The notes under the pieces were generated by a model. It was given only the letters and a program-made list of their open reading frames with translations, was not told where the DNA came from and made no database searches. 64,000 nt of DNA, from NCBI GenBank assembly GCA_030141605.1, contig JAQGDQ010000236.1, positions 62,001-126,000 of the forward strand. The letters are read 5' to 3'. Made by a program: the position numbers and the translations under genes. Positions 22,165-64,000 of the stretch are shown one piece after another. Source of the DNA: Tubiluchus corallicola (Eukaryota > Animalia > Priapulida). Position 1 is the first letter of the stretch; each line of letters starts with the position of its first letter.

Positions 22165-23395
22165 CAGTGGCGGCTCGTGAGTGGATACTGTGGAACTGCA
22201 GCACCCCCTATTTTCACTCGATATTGTAGATAACTTTCAATATAATAAGAGTTTTTCCTTTAAAAGAATCTTTACACTTGTGCAGAATCAGAGCATGGTA
22301 CAGTGAGTGTAGTACTGTTTGCTTCACAGCCCAGCATGGTACAGTGAGTGTAGTACTGTTTGCTTCACAGCCCAGCATGGTACAGTGAGTGTAGTACTGT
22401 TTGCTTCACAGCCCAGCATGGTACAGTGAGTGTAGTACTGTTTGCTTCACAGCCCAGCATGGTACACTCCAGAAATGAGGTGTTTGGCTATTGCGTACAT
22501 GCAGAGCACGGTACAGTGAGTGTAGTACTGTTTGCTTCACAGCCCAGCACAGTGCACGCCAGCAATGAGGTGTTTGGCTATTGCGTGCATGCAGAGCATG
22601 GTACAGTGAGTGTAGCACTGTTTGCTTCACAGCCCAGCACAGTGCACGCCAGCAATGAGGTGTTTGGCTATTGCGTGCATGTGGCGCATGGTACAGTGAG
22701 TGTAGTACTGTTTGCTTCACAGCCCAGCATGGTACACTCCAGAAATGAGGTGTTTGGCTATTGCGTGCATGCAGAGCATGGTACAGTGAGTGTAGTACTG
22801 TTTGTTTCACAGCCCAGCACAGTGCACGCCAGCAATGAAGTGTTTGGCTATTGGGAGCATGCGGAGCATGGTACAGTGAGTGTAGTGCTGTTTGCTTAAC
22901 AGTCCAGCACAGTGCACTCCAGCAATGAAGTGTTTGGCTATTGGGAGTATGCGGAGCATGGTACAGTGAATGTAGTACTGTTTGCTTCACAGCCCAGCAT
23001 GGTACAGTGAGTGTAGTACTGTTTGCTTCACAGCCCAGCACAGTGCACTCCAGCAATGAGGTGTTTGGCTATTGCGCGCATGCGGCCATGCACACACGTC
23101 TGAGTCTTGGTAGACAAAGTACTGTCACTCACACAGTTTGTTGTCAGTTGTCACGTGCTGAACGCGAATGGATTAAGCTTGAACTGCAACAATTTAGGCT
23201 ATTAGTAAGCAAAAAATATTTTTCTTGTTTAGGATTTTATCAAGTTTATGTATAAACTTTTGTATGTTTGATTGTTTAAAATTATAATTACAATTACAAA
23301 TTAGATACATTTGCTTCCTTTTACACAGTATTAAAACAATGGCTAATAACTTTCTGAAGCAGCACCCCACTAATTTTAGCTAGGAGCCGCCATTG
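22165..23395. mobile_element. hAT-type MITE with internal tandem array
   Basis: TIRs CAGTGGCGGCTC / GAGCCGCCATTG; 8-bp TSD GTTAGTAC / ATTAGTAC; homologous to 35011-35449. Confidence 0.8.
22292..23085. repeat. Composite minisatellite of 41-bp and 90-bp units
   Basis: 41-bp unit AGCATGGTACAGTGAGTGTAGTACTGTTTGCTTCACAGCCC in tandem, then embedded in 90-bp (41+49) units. Confidence 0.92.
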
Positions 23396-25039
23396 ATTAG
23401 TACTAAATATGTGTAAGTATTTCTCCCAGGAATGAGTAGATGCACTGAACGCAAATATGCAATTAGATAAAATCAAATGACAAACAAATTAAATACTTAT
23501 CAACTTATTAGAATGTCATACTTCATCTACACCATAAAGAGAAATCCAATGGAAAGAAAACTCGTTAATTAAACACTTTTTTGATTTGTTAAGCAAAGAA
23601 ATATATCCTAAAGCATAAACAAAAATCTGCCTGCCTCGGAGGAGAAGGCAAAACATTCTTCTCTTCACTTTTTTATGCTCTTTAGATACTTTAAGATGAA
23701 AAAAAGGATACGCTAAATCTGGACTAAAAACTGTGGAACCAAAAATTTCTTCATATTCTTCCACTTATTATTTTTTAGCTAAAGATGTGAAAAACATCAT
23801 GAAATCGAGTGTCACACGCTAGGCACTGATAACATAAAACTTAAAAGCAATTTAGTTGCTGCACAGGAAAATATCTAAGTTCAGTGATTACACATTAATA
23901 TACCATTACCTAGCAACAAGATTATACAATGATGCTCCATAAGGTAACAAATCATTAATTTGCATTATGTATAGAACCATCAACACACCTATGTAGGTAT
24001 AATAATATAAACAGCTTAAATTCGTCTTTCAGTATCACAGTATGACATGGAAATATAAATATGATGCAGATGGCATATGTCAGCAGAGAGTTAAAGGTTC
24101 ATGTAAACCGCCAGTAACAATCTTCGGTTTCGCTTTTTATCAAAGGGTTAAAAAGTTCATCATCAAAAAGAACTTGTAAAGTGTTCATTCTAATAATAAG
24201 AAACTTAGGACAGTTTAAAATCATGTTGACATATTTTGTTTTAAGTGACCTTTTCTACTAAGTAATGTGAAATATGCTCTTTGATGCTCATATGCTCACC
24301 AGAACTGCTCATTGAAAATACGAAAGTGAGATGACTAAATAAAATTGGCATCTATTGATTACCTTCTCTGGTTTTACAAATTTTTATTTCATCTGAAGTA
24401 ATAAAGGCAATGCAGAAGTTAGTACTTTGCTATTAGTCTCAGTAAGTAATTAGCAAAAAGATGTTTCAGGTTCAGTGACTCAGATGTGTAAGAGGTGTTT
24501 TGTTTACATGAGCTGCAATGACCACAGGGCAGTCAGCTGATTTTGGTTGGAGCCAAGGCAGAGTTTGCAAAAGGTTAATTAAAATTAAACAACAATAGAC
24601 ATCTATCTAGCGATCCAGCTGAAGGCACCTAGTTGTGGACAACAGTAAGACAACAAGGTAACAGCTGTAACAAATCAGTATTTTTTTAACACAAGGAAGG
24701 AAAAAATTACATCTTGAAACTGGCAGAACACATCAACCTTAGTTACAGGCAAGCCAACCTGCATAACAATTCCCTTTAAACATTAACACCATAACAATTG
24801 ACAATCTAATTGCCAATCTGTAACATGTTATACACATCAGATGCAATTGGCATAATTTGTCATCGAAGGAATTAATACTAATTTATTGCATATTTCAATG
24901 ATAACAAATTTAAATACTCTATGTGAAAAAGACCAGGCTGTAGCAGTGAACATAACACAGCTAAAAAGGCCATCTAAACATTGATGGACAAGCCTTCTCA
25001 AACAACTTGTCATCTCAGTCGTAAACTGTGATGAAACTT

Positions 25040-30642
<5,603 letters not shown>

Positions 30643-31092
30643 TTTCTTGTGCACCTGACACGCCGAAGCTTCGTGTAACTAAGATTTTAATGTTTAAAGT
30701 TTATTTTACAAAATGTATGAAGCAAAACACAGAATTTCTTCAAATAAACGAAACTTAACAAAACCACAATTACAATATCCGGCACTTGGCATCAACGAGA
30801 ACAAACTGGATTTTCTTTCCAGTTTTAATTACACATTTTGTCGTTAGGTGACGCGACAAAACCGATGATGACTAGCGAGAGTTTGAAAAAATAAAATAAA
30901 AAACAATACTATACATATAGCGATAAAACATATTTTAAAAATAAAAGAAAAATGCGTAATTATTTTGTGTCTTAAAGTTTAGATATTAATGTTAAATTTG
31001 CAATTTCTGAACGATGACTTGCCCATTTTGAGAAATTTGTGATTTTGTGTGTTGCATGTAAACGCTCAGCCGCAAGGCCGAGAGGTGTAAAC
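30643..31092. promoter_or_regulatory. Putative bidirectional promoter and 5' UTRs of CAPZB and aPKC
   Basis: 450 bp between the divergent ATG|GT exons (30642 minus, 31093 plus); locally CpG-richer. Transcription starts not determinable. Confidence 0.6.
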
Positions 31093-63902
<32,810 letters not shown>

Positions 63903-64000
63903 GTAATTAGTAATTAAAACTTGTGGCGTTGGTTGAAATGAGTTTGATTAGTAAAGTTTTGGGCTCAACATATCAAAGAATACGTGTCACCTGATCGGTA

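Noticed and set aside
22292-23085. CRISPR-like repeat-spacer appearance and long ORFs on both strands
   Set aside because: Spacers are near-identical, context is eukaryotic, no cas genes, and the array sits inside a MITE.
23516-23764. Minus-strand ORF as an alternative CAPZB last exon
   Set aside because: No resemblance to an amphipathic beta tentacle and it lies beyond a plausible polyA signal.

Overview
AT-rich eukaryotic genomic DNA from an invertebrate animal (GT-AG introns; the 5S sequence and the PAN+lectin gene hint at a lophotrochozoan, which is an inference). Exons were assembled by hand and checked for splice phase. Genes: (1) a partial minus-strand gene encoding a divergent pentraxin/LamG-like domain, five exons between <1 and 9032, mostly invisible in the ORF track; (2) a two-exon secreted PAN/apple + C-type lectin gene (17479-19581, +); (3) a complete F-actin capping protein beta gene (CAPZB, 25040-30642, -, 7 exons, 277 aa); (4) about 450 bp away and head-to-head, an atypical protein kinase C gene (aPKC, PRKCI/PRKCZ-like, 31093/31963 to beyond 63902, +, 3' end outside the window). 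The 15.6 kb PB1-domain intron of aPKC hosts two intronless antisense paralogous class A GPCRs with unusual residues (no TM3-ECL2 disulfide, shared buried acidic residues). The intron after the pseudosubstrate exon carries a full-length 5S rRNA-headed SINE with target-site duplication, and a candidate internal first exon that could yield a PKM-like kinase (hypothesis only). The rest is transposon debris (hAT and pogo MITEs, a decayed Harbinger, several LINE fragments), microsatellites and minisatellites. No prokaryotic features or CRISPR arrays are supported.
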